Positions 32,379-43,137 of a stretch of 64,000 nucleotides of DNA are shown one piece after another (the first letter of the stretch is position 1; each line of letters starts with the position of its first letter). Position numbers and translations under genes: made by a program. This stretch comes from an uncultured delta proteobacterium. GTDB taxonomy: Bacteria; Desulfobacterota; Binatia; UBA9968. Location: the NCBI GenBank assembly GCA_963727625.1, contig CAVSHR010000006.1, positions 32,001-96,000 on the forward strand, in the 5' to 3' direction. The notes under the pieces are model-generated. The model saw nothing but the letters and a program-made list of their open reading frames with translations, had not been told where the DNA came from and did no database searches.

Positions 32379-33365
32379 TTACTTAATTTTTTGTTCGATT
32401 TCTTTTTTCACCTCGGCGACCCAGCGCAAGTCCAAGAACTTTTCTGCGGCGACCGGCGCTGCGAGCTTCATCGGCAACCGAATTTCATATTCGAGAATGT
32501 TTTTGATCCCTTCGGCCGACGGCAAGCCCGGAACGCCTTGCGGCAGAGCGCGGGCATATCCTTTGATCGCGTCTACCAGCATAGCCTTTGTGAGGTTCCG
32601 AAGTTGGAGCTTCTTCATGGCCACATCGGCGGCTTCTTCGGGCCGTTCGCGCAAAAACATCAGGCCGCGGATCACGGCTTTCATCCAACGCTTGACCTGT
32701 GCGGAGTTTTCGGCGATTTTCTTGTCTGTGGTGACATAGCCTTGGAACGGCAACGGGAAAATATCGCCGAGGTAAGCCAGATTGCGCAATCCTTCTCGTT
32801 CCGCCGCGACGGCGCCGGCAGGATCGAGCACCACGGCGGCCACGGCGCCGCTCTTGACGCCAAGAATTTTATTGCTCGGGCTCGTGCCCAGAGTGATTTT
32901 GGTTACATCTTTGGCCGTTAGGCCGGCGCGCTCGACGAACAGCGTGGTGAAACGATCCTCGCTGTCGCCGAGCAACGCCACGCCGATTTTCTTTCCTCTG
33001 AGATCCGTCGTCTGCGAAATCGATGGATGAACGATCAAATACCAGGTCGGCCGCTCGGTTTGATACAGAATCGCTTTGAGCGGTGCGCCCTTGAACGCGG
33101 CTCTAAGCCCGCTGCCGCCGGCGCCGCTGAAGTCGACATCGCCGCTGATCAAGGCCGCGATGCCCGCCGGTCCGCCGACGACGATGGTCTCATTTTCCAG
33201 CGCCTCATCCTTGAAAAAACCTTTGGCATCCGCCGAAAAGATGGACAGGTAATTCAAGTTCAAACCGGGCACCGAGGTGCGAATTTTTTCCGCCAGCGCA
33301 TCGTTGACCAAGAAAATGGCCAACACGAGAGTCAAACATGAATAGCGGTTACTCGTCTTTGACAT
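32379..33365 (-). CDS. ABC transporter substrate-binding protein (NitT/TauT-like)
   Basis: Signal peptide, KGFFKDE.LE, ALISGDVDF, DLRGKKIGV. Confidence 0.88.
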   Translation of the reverse strand: MSKTSNRYSCLTLVLAIFLVNDALAEKIRTSVPGLNLNYLSIFSADAKGFFKDEALENETIVVGGPAGIAALISGDVDFSGAGGSGLRAAFKGAPLKAILYQTERPTWYLIVHPSISQTTDLRGKKIGVALLGDSEDRFTTLFVERAGLTAKDVTKITLGTSPSNKILGVKSGAVAAVVLDPAGAVAAEREGLRNLAYLGDIFPLPFQGYVTTDKKIAENSAQVKRWMKAVIRGLMFLRERPEEAADVAMKKLQLRNLTKAMLVDAIKGYARALPQGVPGLPSAEGIKNILEYEIRLPMKLAAPVAAEKFLDLRWVAEVKKEIEQKIK

Positions 33366-33599
33366 GATCATAAGATTGCTACTCCTTGCGTCGCGATCCT
33401 GCTTTGGTATTCCATGACCGGACTCCAATCCGTTGATTCGCGTCTGGTCGATCTCTCAAAGGCAATTGTTGGGCAGGCACACCATAGGTTAGAATCGCGA
33501 TAAGCGTCAAGACGCAAGTCAAGTGAGCTTTCTAAGCGGGCAGGATCCTTATCTTCGAACCGCAGGACCGTGATGGCGGAGTACCGCCTGCAATGCAAA

Positions 33600-34392
33600 A
33601 TCTTGACATCGTGGTTATGAACGTGATCTATCGGAATTCGACCGATGGTGCGCCGGGCGCAAAAAGTGAAGTGCCGTCGTTGACGCTAATCTGTCGGGTG
33701 CGGATCTGGCCACGTTGTGGGCTGCCGGTACGACAAAGGGCAAGCTTCGTTTTTCACGACTGCGCCGATTGCGGGCATCGGCGAGCTGAAAGGCGGAGCC
33801 GTCGGTATCTCGCACTTCGGCGCGTTTTCCGATTTCGTGGCGCGCCACGTTCTGAAGAAAAATCGACTTCAGCCGATCAAAGACGTCGCGGTCATCCAAC
33901 TGGGCGGCACTCGGGAAATTATCGCCGGCATGCAAAGAAATTTGCTGCCGGGCGGATCGATATGCCCTGCCGCTGAGCCTTCAAGCGCGCGAGTCGGGAT
34001 TTCGCGAATTGTTGGGCACTGAACAGATCGCTTTGCCGTTCGACTACGGCCGTTTCGTCGTCGAACATTCGCTGCTCAAGACCAAGCGCGAAGAGCTGAA
34101 GAAAGTTTTGCACGCCACCATCGCCGCCTACGATTTGGCGATCCGGGAGCCGGCGCTGGCCAAGCAGGCGGTCGGCCAATACACCCGCACTTCCGACAGG
34201 GAAACCTCGGACGCGACCTACAAGGAAAACGTCAAAGCGTACGCGCTGCGCATCCCGTACGTTTCGGCTTCCGGCCTTTTTTCGCTGGTCGACTTCCGAT
34301 CCGAAACGGCGGCGGTGGTAAAAAAGCTCGCGTTGGGGAAAATGTACGACAACTCGCTGCTGCAAGAAATCGAGAAAGAAACGACGAAGTAA
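33600..34392 (+). pseudogene. Decayed ABC substrate-binding protein gene
   Basis: ELKGGAVGISHFGAFSDF (33717 frame) and a C-terminal part (34009 frame) lie in different frames; no intact 5' end or signal peptide. Confidence 0.7.
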
Positions 34393-34401
34393 GGATCGCT
34401 C

Positions 34402-35505
34402 ATGAAACTCGGACTCTTCGACCACATGCAAAAACACGACAATCCGGCGCTCTCTTACGTCGAGCTCTACAAAAATCATCTCGACGTTCTGGAGTCCGCC
34501 GATCAAGCCGGCATGGATTTTTACTTCGTAGCCGAGCATCACTTCGACATGGGGTTTTCCGAGTGCCCGAGTCCCGGCACTTACCTCGGCGCGGCGTCGC
34601 AGCGCACCAAGCGAATCCGCTTGGGGCCGTTGGTTTACGTCTTGCCGCTTTGGAATCCGATCCGCCTCGCCGAGGAAATCGCTCTGCTCGACAACCTCAC
34701 CGAGGGCCGGCTCGAGTGCGGATTCGGCGCCGGCATCGGCCCGTTCAGTTTCGCCGCCTACAATATTCCCTGGGAACAAAAGCGCGAGATGACGCTGGAA
34801 GCGCTGCGCGTTATCAAAGGCATCTGGACCCATGAAACTTTCAGCTTCGAAGGGCGCTACTTCAAATGCAAAGACATCGACTCGAGCATCCCGCTGGTGC
34901 AAAAGCCCCATCCGCCGCTGTGGATGCCGACGCGCAGCAAAGATTCTATTGAAGAAGCGGCGTCGAGCGGCATCAGCACCGTGCAATGGGTGCCGTCGGG
35001 AATGAAGGCTGTGCGCAAGGCGTTCGACGAATATCGAGAGGCGTATCAAAGAGCGAAGCCCGCCGGGCCCGAGCCGCACATCGGCCTGATGCGCGAAATC
35101 TACGTCGCCGAAAGCGACCAGCAAGCGCGGGCGCAGGGCGAGTATCACTGGAAAAATTTTTGGCAGCGCCGCGGCGGCGCGCGCACCTACGGCGCCCATG
35201 GCTCGACGGGCTTGTCCACGATTCTCGACGGCGGGCGCCGCCAGGAGTTGATGGATATGGAGCACTCCATCGCCGAAGGGTCGTTTATTTGCGGCTCGCC
35301 GGAAACCGTCGTCGAGCAAATCAAGAAGATCGCCAATGAAGCGGGCGCCGATACTTTCCTCGGCGAGTTCACTTTCGGCGAGCTCAGTCAAAGGCAAGCG
35401 CTCAGCTCGCTGGGTCTTTTTGCCGAGCAAGTGATGCCCACGCTAAGAAAGTTCGCGATTGACGCGCTCAATTTCCCCAAAGCCGAAGAGCAAGAATTGC
35501 CCTGA
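34402..35505 (+). CDS. LLM-class flavin-dependent oxidoreductase
   Basis: AEHHF, RTKRIRLG, GRLECGFGAG, QKPHPPLW, GSPETV. Confidence 0.93.
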   Translation: MKLGLFDHMQKHDNPALSYVELYKNHLDVLESADQAGMDFYFVAEHHFDMGFSECPSPGTYLGAASQRTKRIRLGPLVYVLPLWNPIRLAEEIALLDNLTEGRLECGFGAGIGPFSFAAYNIPWEQKREMTLEALRVIKGIWTHETFSFEGRYFKCKDIDSSIPLVQKPHPPLWMPTRSKDSIEEAASSGISTVQWVPSGMKAVRKAFDEYREAYQRAKPAGPEPHIGLMREIYVAESDQQARAQGEYHWKNFWQRRGGARTYGAHGSTGLSTILDGGRRQELMDMEHSIAEGSFICGSPETVVEQIKKIANEAGADTFLGEFTFGELSQRQALSSLGLFAEQVMPTLRKFAIDALNFPKAEEQELP

Positions 35506-35599
35506 CGCGCCGTGAGGCAAGATTTTTCGTCGATCTTGGTTGCCCCGCGAATTTCATTTGAGGGATCGCCGATGGATTTGCCGCTGATTGTTCCGTCCC

Positions 35600-35696
35600 G
35601 CGCCGCGTAGTCGCCGACGGATAAGGCCGGCTCCGTCCGGCGCAGTGCGATCAGCCGGCGACAGAGCGAAAGAATCGAACTGTTCTGATTCCGCAA
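35600..35696 (-). pseudogene. Fragment of a GH13 alpha-glucosidase-type gene
   Basis: SILSLCRRLIALRRTEPALSVGDY matches the end of the GH13 catalytic domain; no flanking homology seen. Confidence 0.5.
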
Positions 35697-35887
35697 CGCA
35701 GGTCAGACGAGTGATGTTTCGCATGACCGGCGATGGCGGCACCGGCCCATGGAAAAACGCTCGACGACCAGCGCCTGATTCCAAGATCTTGGAAAATTTC
35801 CGGGCAAATTTCTCAGGAGTAATTTTCGACGCCGGGCGCTCGACTCCGAAGTAGTGAAAATCAAAGGAAACCGATCTAACTCACTTT

Positions 35888-35903
35888 TGGCATGGGCGTT
35901 GCT
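35888..35903 (+). promoter_or_regulatory. Sigma-54 promoter
   Basis: TGGCATgggcgTTGCT (GG-N10-GC). Confidence 0.7.
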
Positions 35904-36186
35904 CAATTAAAGCAGTAGGAGGTGCACAGTATGCGAGAGGACACTCCACCTGGCTAGAAAAGAAAAAGCTCCGTGGTTGACGGAGCGCTTCTCGGCTACG
36001 AGTGGCTGGATGTTACGCCTTCACGCTAAACCCCGGAAGGTTTGATCTCGCTGCGGCGAGAACCTAAAGAAGAGGCTAAACACTAGCGGGGAACTCGGAG
36101 CGGAACTCGATAACCGGAGAAACGCTACCGATCTAGCCAGCGATTGGAAAAAAATTTACAGTTATGCCGTTGGCGCAATAACGCCA

Positions 36187-36226
36187 CAAGAGGGCTCCGG
36201 CATCGGTCGGAGCCCTCTTGCTTTTT
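36187..36226 (+). terminator. Rho-independent terminator
   Basis: CAAGAGGGCTCCG...CGGAGCCCTCTTG followed by CTTTTT. Confidence 0.8.
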
Positions 36227-36401
36227 CAGCCTCCGCTCGCACCGCTAGATCAGATCATTCGCCGGTGCCGATCGCTTTCATTGGTGGCCTAGTCTGCATA
36301 TCGTCATTGGCCCAAACTTTGCCACAAAACAAGTATGAACACTTTTTATTTAGGCAAACGGATTCACGCGCAAACTAACTTGCGCGCAAAGGAGAGAGGT
36401 T

Positions 36402-37307
36402 ATGAGCAACACTGATCTACGCAGCGGCTATCAGTGGAACTATCGGCCACAGTCACCGCAGCGGCCAAAATGGTTTGCCGCATGGCCGGGCGGCAACCGC
36501 ATCGCCGTCACTTTCAACATCATGCATGAGTGGGAGTCGGTGCCCCGTTCGACCGCGATCCGCAAACGGGGACTGACGGCGGGCGCGGAGGGCATCGATT
36601 TCTTGGCGCTTGGCGCGCGTCAATACGGCGCCAATTTCGGCTTTCGAAGGTTGCTCGACGTCTTGGACAAATTTGACGTCAAGGCTACGGTGCTCACCAG
36701 CGGGCTCATGGCAGAGCTGTTTCCCGAAACCTTGAGAGACGCGATCGCGCGCGGTCATGAAGTCGCTTGTCATCATTGGGATCAAAGCCGGCACCCCTTC
36801 GAATACGCCGGCATGGAAGAGGAACGGGGTGTGATCGTCAAATCCGTCGAAGCCATCGAGCGCGCTACCGGTAAACGCCCGTTGGGCTACATGTCGCCGG
36901 GTCCCCGGCCCAGTCCCTATACTTTGGAAATCTGCGCCGCTCTCGATTTCGCATGGAACGGCGATTACTGTGACTCGGATATACCTTACATGATCGATGT
37001 GAACGGCAAGAAGCTCGTGTCCGTCGGTTACGTGAGGCCCGGCTATACCGATAACGATCTCTTGCCGTTAGGCTTGCCTGGCGCCCTGGAGCAACTGAAA
37101 GCCGAATTCGACGCGCACTTTGAAGAAAGCGCGCGCCATCCAATGAAATTCCGCTATGCCATGCACAACTTCACCGGCGGCCGGCCCGGGTTGGCGAAAG
37201 TCTTCGAAAGATTTTTGGAATATGTGAAAGACCATCGGGGCGTGTGGTTTTGCCGCTGCATCGATATCGCGAAGTTCTGGGCAGAACACGAAGATTTGCA
37301 GCGGTGA
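36402..37307 (+). CDS. Polysaccharide deacetylase family protein (PuuE allantoinase-like)
   Basis: WPGG.RIAV, YGANFGFRRLL, GHEVACH, TGKRPLG, GRPG, GVWF. Confidence 0.88.
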   Translation: MSNTDLRSGYQWNYRPQSPQRPKWFAAWPGGNRIAVTFNIMHEWESVPRSTAIRKRGLTAGAEGIDFLALGARQYGANFGFRRLLDVLDKFDVKATVLTSGLMAELFPETLRDAIARGHEVACHHWDQSRHPFEYAGMEEERGVIVKSVEAIERATGKRPLGYMSPGPRPSPYTLEICAALDFAWNGDYCDSDIPYMIDVNGKKLVSVGYVRPGYTDNDLLPLGLPGALEQLKAEFDAHFEESARHPMKFRYAMHNFTGGRPGLAKVFERFLEYVKDHRGVWFCRCIDIAKFWAEHEDLQR

Positions 37308-37512
37308 CCTTGAACCGAAAGAGACGAAAGCCGCTCGCTAGGGTCCATTCGTTTACCGCATAAGCCGGCCTGATGACGCGATGGCCCCATCGGCGCCTAG
37401 GGTGCAACCTCGAGCGCCAAACGGTACAGCGGCAAGCGAAAGCCATGTTTCAACGCCGGGAAGTCGCGCGCGTAAGTTTAAAAACAACCTCTGACAATTG
37501 CACGCCGCGGAC

Positions 37513-39165
37513 TCATTTCGTCCCGGAAGCAAACACCGACTGCACGATCTGCCAGGCTTGGTCTTGAATCTTTTTTAAGTGATTTTCCGAGCGGAGACTT
37601 TCAGCGTAAATTTTACAGAGGTCTTCGGTGCCCGAGGGACGCACGGCGAACCAGCCGCTACGCGCGGAAACTTTTAGACCGCCAATCTCCGCGCCGTTGC
37701 CCGGCGCGCGGGTGAGCTTGGCCATGATCGGCTCACCGGCAAGCTCGGTCGCCGCCAGCGCTTCGGGTCGCAGCGCTTTGAGCGCTTTTTTTTCCGCCGC
37801 CGTCGCCGGCAGATCCATGCGCGCGTAACATGGCCGCCCCAATTCTCTGGTCAATTCATCGTACCAAGCGCCGGGGTCGCGCCCGGTGGTCGCGATGATC
37901 TCGGCGGCAAGCAGACAAAGAATGATGCCGTCCTTGTCCGTGGTCCAGACTCTGCCATCGCGGCAGAGAAAACTCGCACCGGCGCTCTCCTCGCCGCCGA
38001 AACAGATCGTACCGTCGAACAGGCCCGGTGAAAACCATTTGAAGCCGACCGGCACCTCGAAAAGCTTCCGGCCCAGGCGGTCGACGACGCGATCGATGAG
38101 CGAGCTGCTCACCAGTGTCTTGCCGACCGCCGCCTCTTTGCTCCACTGCGGCCGGTGCGTCAGTAAATAATGAATCGCCACGGCGAGGTAATGGTTCGGA
38201 TCCATCAACCCCTTTGACGGCGTGACGATGCCGTGACGGTCAGAGTCCGCGTCGTTGCCCACGGCGACTTGAAAACGGTCTTTGAAGCCGACCAGACCGG
38301 CCATCGCGTAGGGGCTGGAGCAATCCATCCGGATCTTGCCGTCATGATCCAATGTCATGAAGCGGAAAGTAGGATCGACTTTGTCATTGACGACCGTGAG
38401 GTCGAGCCGGTAACACCCGGCGATTTTCTGCCAGTAGGCCAACGCCGCGCCGCCGAGCGGATCGACGCCGATTTTCACTCCTGCCGAGGCGATCGATTCC
38501 ATGTCGATCACCGCCGTCAGATCGTCGACGTAGGGACCAAGCAGATCCGCTTCATGGGTGCTCGCGGCGTTGAGCGCGGCGGGATAGGCCACTCGTTTCA
38601 CCGCGCGATTACCGGAGCGCAAGAGCTCGTTGGCGCGCTGCTGTATCCAGTCGGTCACGTCGGTGTCGGCCGGCCCGCCTTGGGGTGGATTGTATTTGAA
38701 GCCGCCATCCGCCGGCGGATTGTGCGACGGCGTCACCACGATGCCGTCGGCAAGCGCCGTCTTTTTATCTCGATTATGAACTAGAATCGCGCGCGAGATC
38801 GACGGCGTGGGCGTAAAGCCATCGGCCTGCTGAATGATCGTCGTCACTCCGTTGGCGGCGAGCACTTCGAGAGCGGTTCTTTGTGCCGGTCCGGACACGG
38901 CATGAGTATCCTTGCCCATAAACAGCGGCCCGGAAAGTTGATTGCTTGCACGGTAATCGCAGATCGCCTGGGTGATAGCGAGAATATGCGCCTCGTTGAG
39001 CGTGCCCTCGAGGGGACTGCCGCGGTGGCCGCTGGTGCCGAAGCTCACCAGCTGCTGCGGGTTGTCAACGTCGGGCTTGCGCTGGTAATAGGCTTTTTCC
39101 AGCTGCTCGACGTCGATCAAGATATCGGCGGGCGCCGGCTTTCCCGCCAGAGGATGAATCGCCAT
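37513..39165 (-). CDS. pgm: Phosphoglucomutase (alpha-D-glucose-1,6-bisphosphate dependent)
   Basis: [41 protein letters not shown]. Confidence 0.96.
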   Translation of the reverse strand: MAIHPLAGKPAPADILIDVEQLEKAYYQRKPDVDNPQQLVSFGTSGHRGSPLEGTLNEAHILAITQAICDYRASNQLSGPLFMGKDTHAVSGPAQRTALEVLAANGVTTIIQQADGFTPTPSISRAILVHNRDKKTALADGIVVTPSHNPPADGGFKYNPPQGGPADTDVTDWIQQRANELLRSGNRAVKRVAYPAALNAASTHEADLLGPYVDDLTAVIDMESIASAGVKIGVDPLGGAALAYWQKIAGCYRLDLTVVNDKVDPTFRFMTLDHDGKIRMDCSSPYAMAGLVGFKDRFQVAVGNDADSDRHGIVTPSKGLMDPNHYLAVAIHYLLTHRPQWSKEAAVGKTLVSSSLIDRVVDRLGRKLFEVPVGFKWFSPGLFDGTICFGGEESAGASFLCRDGRVWTTDKDGIILCLLAAEIIATTGRDPGAWYDELTRELGRPCYARMDLPATAAEKKALKALRPEALAATELAGEPIMAKLTRAPGNGAEIGGLKVSARSGWFAVRPSGTEDLCKIYAESLRSENHLKKIQDQAWQIVQSVFASGTK

Positions 39166-39363
39166 GACTAATTCCTTTCTCGAAACCGATCGCGCAGGCT
39201 TTAACTATGACCGCGCGCTGTTTCAAATATACAACGGTGAAAATTTAGATCCTAGCGCGGAGCAGGATTCTTGCGCGGCCGGATGAAAGCGCAAGCGCAC
39301 CGGTTTGGATGGCTGGCGCGGCGCATCGGCGTAGAACGCCGAACCGAGCGCAACGCAGACCGA

Positions 39364-40383
39364 TTACAGATCTTTCAGCGCCGGCATCACCCGCTCGGCA
39401 AACAGCCGGATGTTATTGAGCGCCAGCTCCTGCGGCATGCCGCCGAAGTGAAACGTGCCGGAGAACGTCGTGATGCCGGCTTCTTCATGCCAGCGTTGAA
39501 TGGTGTCGCTGCAGCGCTCCGGATCGCCGACGATGATGAAACCGCGCGCCATGTCGGAGCCGATATCGCGCTCGGTGAGCCGGCGCTCGGGATCGACGGC
39601 GTGATGGATGTCGCTGTAGTTCTTCATGAACGGCGCCGCTTCGCGCATGCCGCGCTCGAAGCTGTCGGAGACATAGATGTGAAACTTGCCGAGCACCTGG
39701 CGGCCGACGAAATCATGGCCGTTATGCGCCAGAGCGTCGCGGTACACTTTCACCAACTCGCGCAGCGCGTCGGTTGAAGGGTGGACAAAGGGCACGGTCA
39801 TCAGGTCGTAACCCATCTCGCCGGCCCAACGAAAGGTCGCCTCGCTGCGCGTGGCGCCGACCCAGATCGGCGGATGCGGCCGCTGCACCGGCTTGGGCAG
39901 AACATTGACGTTCTCGTAACGATAAAACTCGCCGCGATAATTGATTGGCTGCTCCGACCACGCCTGGCGGATAATCTCCGCGCTTTCATGAAAGCGCTGG
40001 GTCGCTTCGTTTTGCTCCGCGCCGAATTTTCGATACTCCACCGGCTCGCTGCCCTTGCCGATGCCGAAGTCGATGCGGCCGTTGGAAACCACGTCAGCCA
40101 TGGCGTAGGCCTCGGCGAGATCGATCGGCCGGTGCAACGGCAGCACCGCCACGGCGACGCCGAGCCGAATGCGCGCAGCCAACTGCGCCACGGCGGCAAG
40201 AAATGTCGGCGGGTGCGGCAAGGTGCCGCCATAACCGCCGAAATGATGCTCGGTCACCCAGGCTTGATCGAAGCCGAGCTTTTCCACTTCGATGATCTGC
40301 TCGAACATGCAGCGATAGAAAGCCGGCAAGGTCGCGTCGACCTCGGGCATGTAGGTAGGCAAAATATGCGTGGCGAATTTCAT
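39364..40383 (-). CDS. LLM-class flavin-dependent oxidoreductase
   Basis: TEHHF, RIRLG, GRIDFGIGKG, PKPVQRPHPPIWV. Confidence 0.93.
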   Translation of the reverse strand: MKFATHILPTYMPEVDATLPAFYRCMFEQIIEVEKLGFDQAWVTEHHFGGYGGTLPHPPTFLAAVAQLAARIRLGVAVAVLPLHRPIDLAEAYAMADVVSNGRIDFGIGKGSEPVEYRKFGAEQNEATQRFHESAEIIRQAWSEQPINYRGEFYRYENVNVLPKPVQRPHPPIWVGATRSEATFRWAGEMGYDLMTVPFVHPSTDALRELVKVYRDALAHNGHDFVGRQVLGKFHIYVSDSFERGMREAAPFMKNYSDIHHAVDPERRLTERDIGSDMARGFIIVGDPERCSDTIQRWHEEAGITTFSGTFHFGGMPQELALNNIRLFAERVMPALKDL

Positions 40384-40415
40384 GGCGCTATTCTTCGGTC
40401 AAAAAAGGCTCATTT

Positions 40416-40722
40416 TCAACATTTCGTCGCCGAGAACCTGCACAGCGCGCTATCGTTGGTTTCGAGTGCGTCGTCGAAAGCCAACTCCTCTTCGCGCTTT
40501 AACGTTGCGCCCGACCCGTTGGCCCGGCGCATGTCCTGTCCGCGCTTCATGCCGCCGATGAGGCGCAGCAACGTCGACTTGCCGCAGCCCGACGGGCCGA
40601 TGATTGGTAAAAACGGTCCATTGCTGACATCGAGCGAAACCGCATTGACCGCGACAACCTCTGCCGACCCCTTGTCCGGGTTGCCGAATGCTTTGCTCAC
40701 GTTCCGTGCGTAAGATCGCCAT
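40416..40722 (-). pseudogene. Truncated ABC transporter ATP-binding gene
   Basis: SKAFG...[10 protein letters not shown]...[18 protein letters not shown] Walker A; frameshift after MAILRTE; the rest of the domain is absent. Confidence 0.75.
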
Positions 40723-40736
40723 GGATTCGTCTCATC

Positions 40737-40761
40737 GGGGCGCGATGAATCGCGCCCCTAC
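40737..40761. repeat. GTAG-type REP-like palindrome
   Basis: Minus strand reads GTAGGGGCGCGATTCATCGCGCCCC. Confidence 0.65.
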
Positions 40762-40956
40762 AAATAGGCGCATTCAAGAGAGGCGTCAAGGAAAATGGAG
40801 TGGGTAAGCTATCGCCAAGCGTTCCCGGTTTCAGGGGGGAGCCGCCTATTTATGGCCATTTCTCTCTCACTTATCCAGTGTTTCGAATCTGGTGGGATAG
40901 GACAAGTACTGTAGTGCTGGGAAATCCGAAAAACCCAACACTGCGATGTTTCTGAT

Positions 40957-42204
40957 TCACTTCTCCAGTCCCGGATTAGCCATGAACACGGAGGCGGCGA
41001 GTTTTTGTTTCGTCTGCGGGTGGTGGATGGTGCGCTTCAGCACAAAATCGAAGAGCAGCGGGTTGTAGTCGTAGATTTCGTTGAGTGCTTGGCGCTCGTC
41101 CGCAGTGATGAATCCGTCACGTGCTAGCGCGCGCGTCCAGATCAGGGAATTGATCGCCGGCAGCGGGTAGTCGCTGCCGTTGACCAGGCGCGGGTGCAGG
41201 TCTTGGCGCTTTAGGATCGTCAACATCGGCTCGGGCATGCGGTTGAATTGCAGCATCGCCGAGATGTCGCCGAACAGCAGGCCGACATATTTCGGGTCAT
41301 CCATCAGGCGCAGGAATAACGCAAAACAGCTCGCGGTTTTGCCAACGCCGTTGTCGAGATCCTCGCAGGTGCCGAGGCTGGCGGCGTGGGCGATGATGAC
41401 GCGGACGCCGGCGTCGAGCACACGGCGCAGCCGGAGCGGGTTGCCGAGTCGCTGATCTTCCCGGGATTCGACGGCTTGCTCTTCGCCGCCGTGGGACAAG
41501 AGAATCATCCCGTACTTCTTCATTCTTTCGTAGAAGGGAATGATAGCCTTGTCCGCCGGATCCATACCCATGGCGTTGGGCAGCCATTTGACGTATTTAA
41601 CGCCCGCCTTCGCGCGCCGATCGAGCGCTTGCAGAGCATCGCGCCGGTAGGGATGGATCGACACCACGGGGAGGAAGATATCGGGGTACCGCTCGGCCAA
41701 CTCGACAACGTAGCGGTTGGGGATGTAAATATTGGTTTTCTTGAGATTCACGCTGCCGTCGGTGTTGTACTGTTTGTCGAAAGCGAGGATCCGGTATTTG
41801 CCGTGGCGTTTGATGGCGCGTGCCAGACGCACCAGCCGGTCGATATACTCCGCGTCGGCGTTGTTTTCGTGTTTAATCCCCGAGGCGCTCTCGTAGATCC
41901 AAAACTTCAAGCGTTCGAGATTAAAGCCGCTGCGCGTGCGCGGATTCACAAACGCGTCAGGGACGCTCGTGCCGATGGCGATGATATGGGTGTGGTAATC
42001 GACCAGCCCCGCCGGATCGATGCCTTCAAAGGCTTGGTCGATTAGCGTCTGCGCCGACGGACTGGCACCTTGCGCGAGCTCTTCGGGAGTCTTTGAAAAA
42101 GCGCCGCCGATCCGGTCGATCGGGCAGCCGGTCGCAGTCAACAGAAGCGCGAGAATCAGAACTAAATGCAGCGATCGGCGGAATAAGGCGTGCGGGAACT
42201 TCAT
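40957..42204 (-). CDS. Amidohydrolase_2 family lipoprotein
   Basis: Lipobox-like LTATGC, VDYHTH, SIHPYR, KWLP, IIAHAA, NGSDYP. Confidence 0.85.
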   Translation of the reverse strand: MKFPHALFRRSLHLVLILALLLTATGCPIDRIGGAFSKTPEELAQGASPSAQTLIDQAFEGIDPAGLVDYHTHIIAIGTSVPDAFVNPRTRSGFNLERLKFWIYESASGIKHENNADAEYIDRLVRLARAIKRHGKYRILAFDKQYNTDGSVNLKKTNIYIPNRYVVELAERYPDIFLPVVSIHPYRRDALQALDRRAKAGVKYVKWLPNAMGMDPADKAIIPFYERMKKYGMILLSHGGEEQAVESREDQRLGNPLRLRRVLDAGVRVIIAHAASLGTCEDLDNGVGKTASCFALFLRLMDDPKYVGLLFGDISAMLQFNRMPEPMLTILKRQDLHPRLVNGSDYPLPAINSLIWTRALARDGFITADERQALNEIYDYNPLLFDFVLKRTIHHPQTKQKLAASVFMANPGLEK

Positions 42205-42400
42205 GATTGTCGATGAGCAAAGCGCACCAGCCAATACGCTGTCAAACGCCGGTCGCAATCTCCACTGCGCCATGCTGACGGGCTGCCTATGGATCGAACC
42301 GAGATAGACGCGGCCAGATTTCGTCTGATAAGGCGAACATTTTTGCTCCTAGTTTTGGCGGACCTGGCGCTTGTTTGCATCAGATTGGCGCGAAAATCGA

Positions 42401-42415
42401 TGGTATGCAGATTGC
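42401..42415 (+). promoter_or_regulatory. Candidate sigma-54 promoter
   Basis: TGGTATgcagaTTGC. Confidence 0.55.
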
Positions 42416-42489
42416 GATTTGGCAACAAAGGCTGCTGCCTTTCGATTTTGCAGCATGCGTCGATCCCCGGTCGGAGGAGTTGGTTCACC

Positions 42490-42870
42490 ATGGAATCGGG
42501 CTTTATATTTCGCACCAAGGAACATCGGGGGTGCGGCATCCGGGCGGCATCCTACGCGGCTGGACCGCAGAGTTGGATTCCCGAGGCTTGCGTCTGGCTG
42601 CAAACCGACGACGGGTCGATTAAGGTTTGGCTCCGCAGTTTCGCTCACTGTTTTGCCAGCGAGAAGGTTACCTTTCGCAATAAACTAGAAGCCGATAATT
42701 GGGCCTTCGACGCCGCTTGCGCGATCATCGACAGGGCGCTGCCTGAGTTCGATGCGATCTTTTCGCCGCGCGTGCCGCTTTGCACCAACCCCATGCGCAA
42801 GCTCCTCGGCGTGGTGCGCCGCCCCTTGGGAGTTTTACGCCGTATTGGCGTTCGCGCTGGTGCGGATTAA
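42490..42870 (+). CDS. Hypothetical protein (paralog 1)
   Basis: GGAGGAG upstream of ATG 42490; clear homology to 43138-43524. Confidence 0.8.
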   Translation: MESGFIFRTKEHRGCGIRAASYAAGPQSWIPEACVWLQTDDGSIKVWLRSFAHCFASEKVTFRNKLEADNWAFDAACAIIDRALPEFDAIFSPRVPLCTNPMRKLLGVVRRPLGVLRRIGVRAGAD

Positions 42871-43055
42871 CCAGAGCTCGATGGATTTGCTCGGATGCTG
42901 AGCTATTTCCGCGACCTAGCTCAAACAGAGCGGTATTTCGGTCAAGCTCTGACCGACAGGTAAATTCTAAGCATAGGCGAACGCTTTTACGCATAAGCTT
43001 GCTAAGAGAGAACGACATCGTCCGCGAAAATGCTTAGAAATGCCAATTCATCAGA

Positions 43056-43071
43056 TGGTACATGGTTTGCT
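43056..43071 (+). promoter_or_regulatory. Candidate sigma-54 promoter
   Basis: TGGTACatggtTTGCT. Confidence 0.55.
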
Positions 43072-43137
43072 TAGTATGGAAGCCATAGGAACTTGTGCCC
43101 GCAAGTAATATTTTGCAGCGGTCATGGTGGTGATTAA

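Noticed and set aside
33919-35430. 503-aa ORF on the - strand
   Set aside because: Antisense to the LLM gene and the SBP remnant; no recognisable domain.
35900-36226. tmRNA, RNase P, SRP, 6S or a known riboswitch
   Set aside because: I could not find the hallmark motifs of any of these. Kept only as an unknown transcript candidate.
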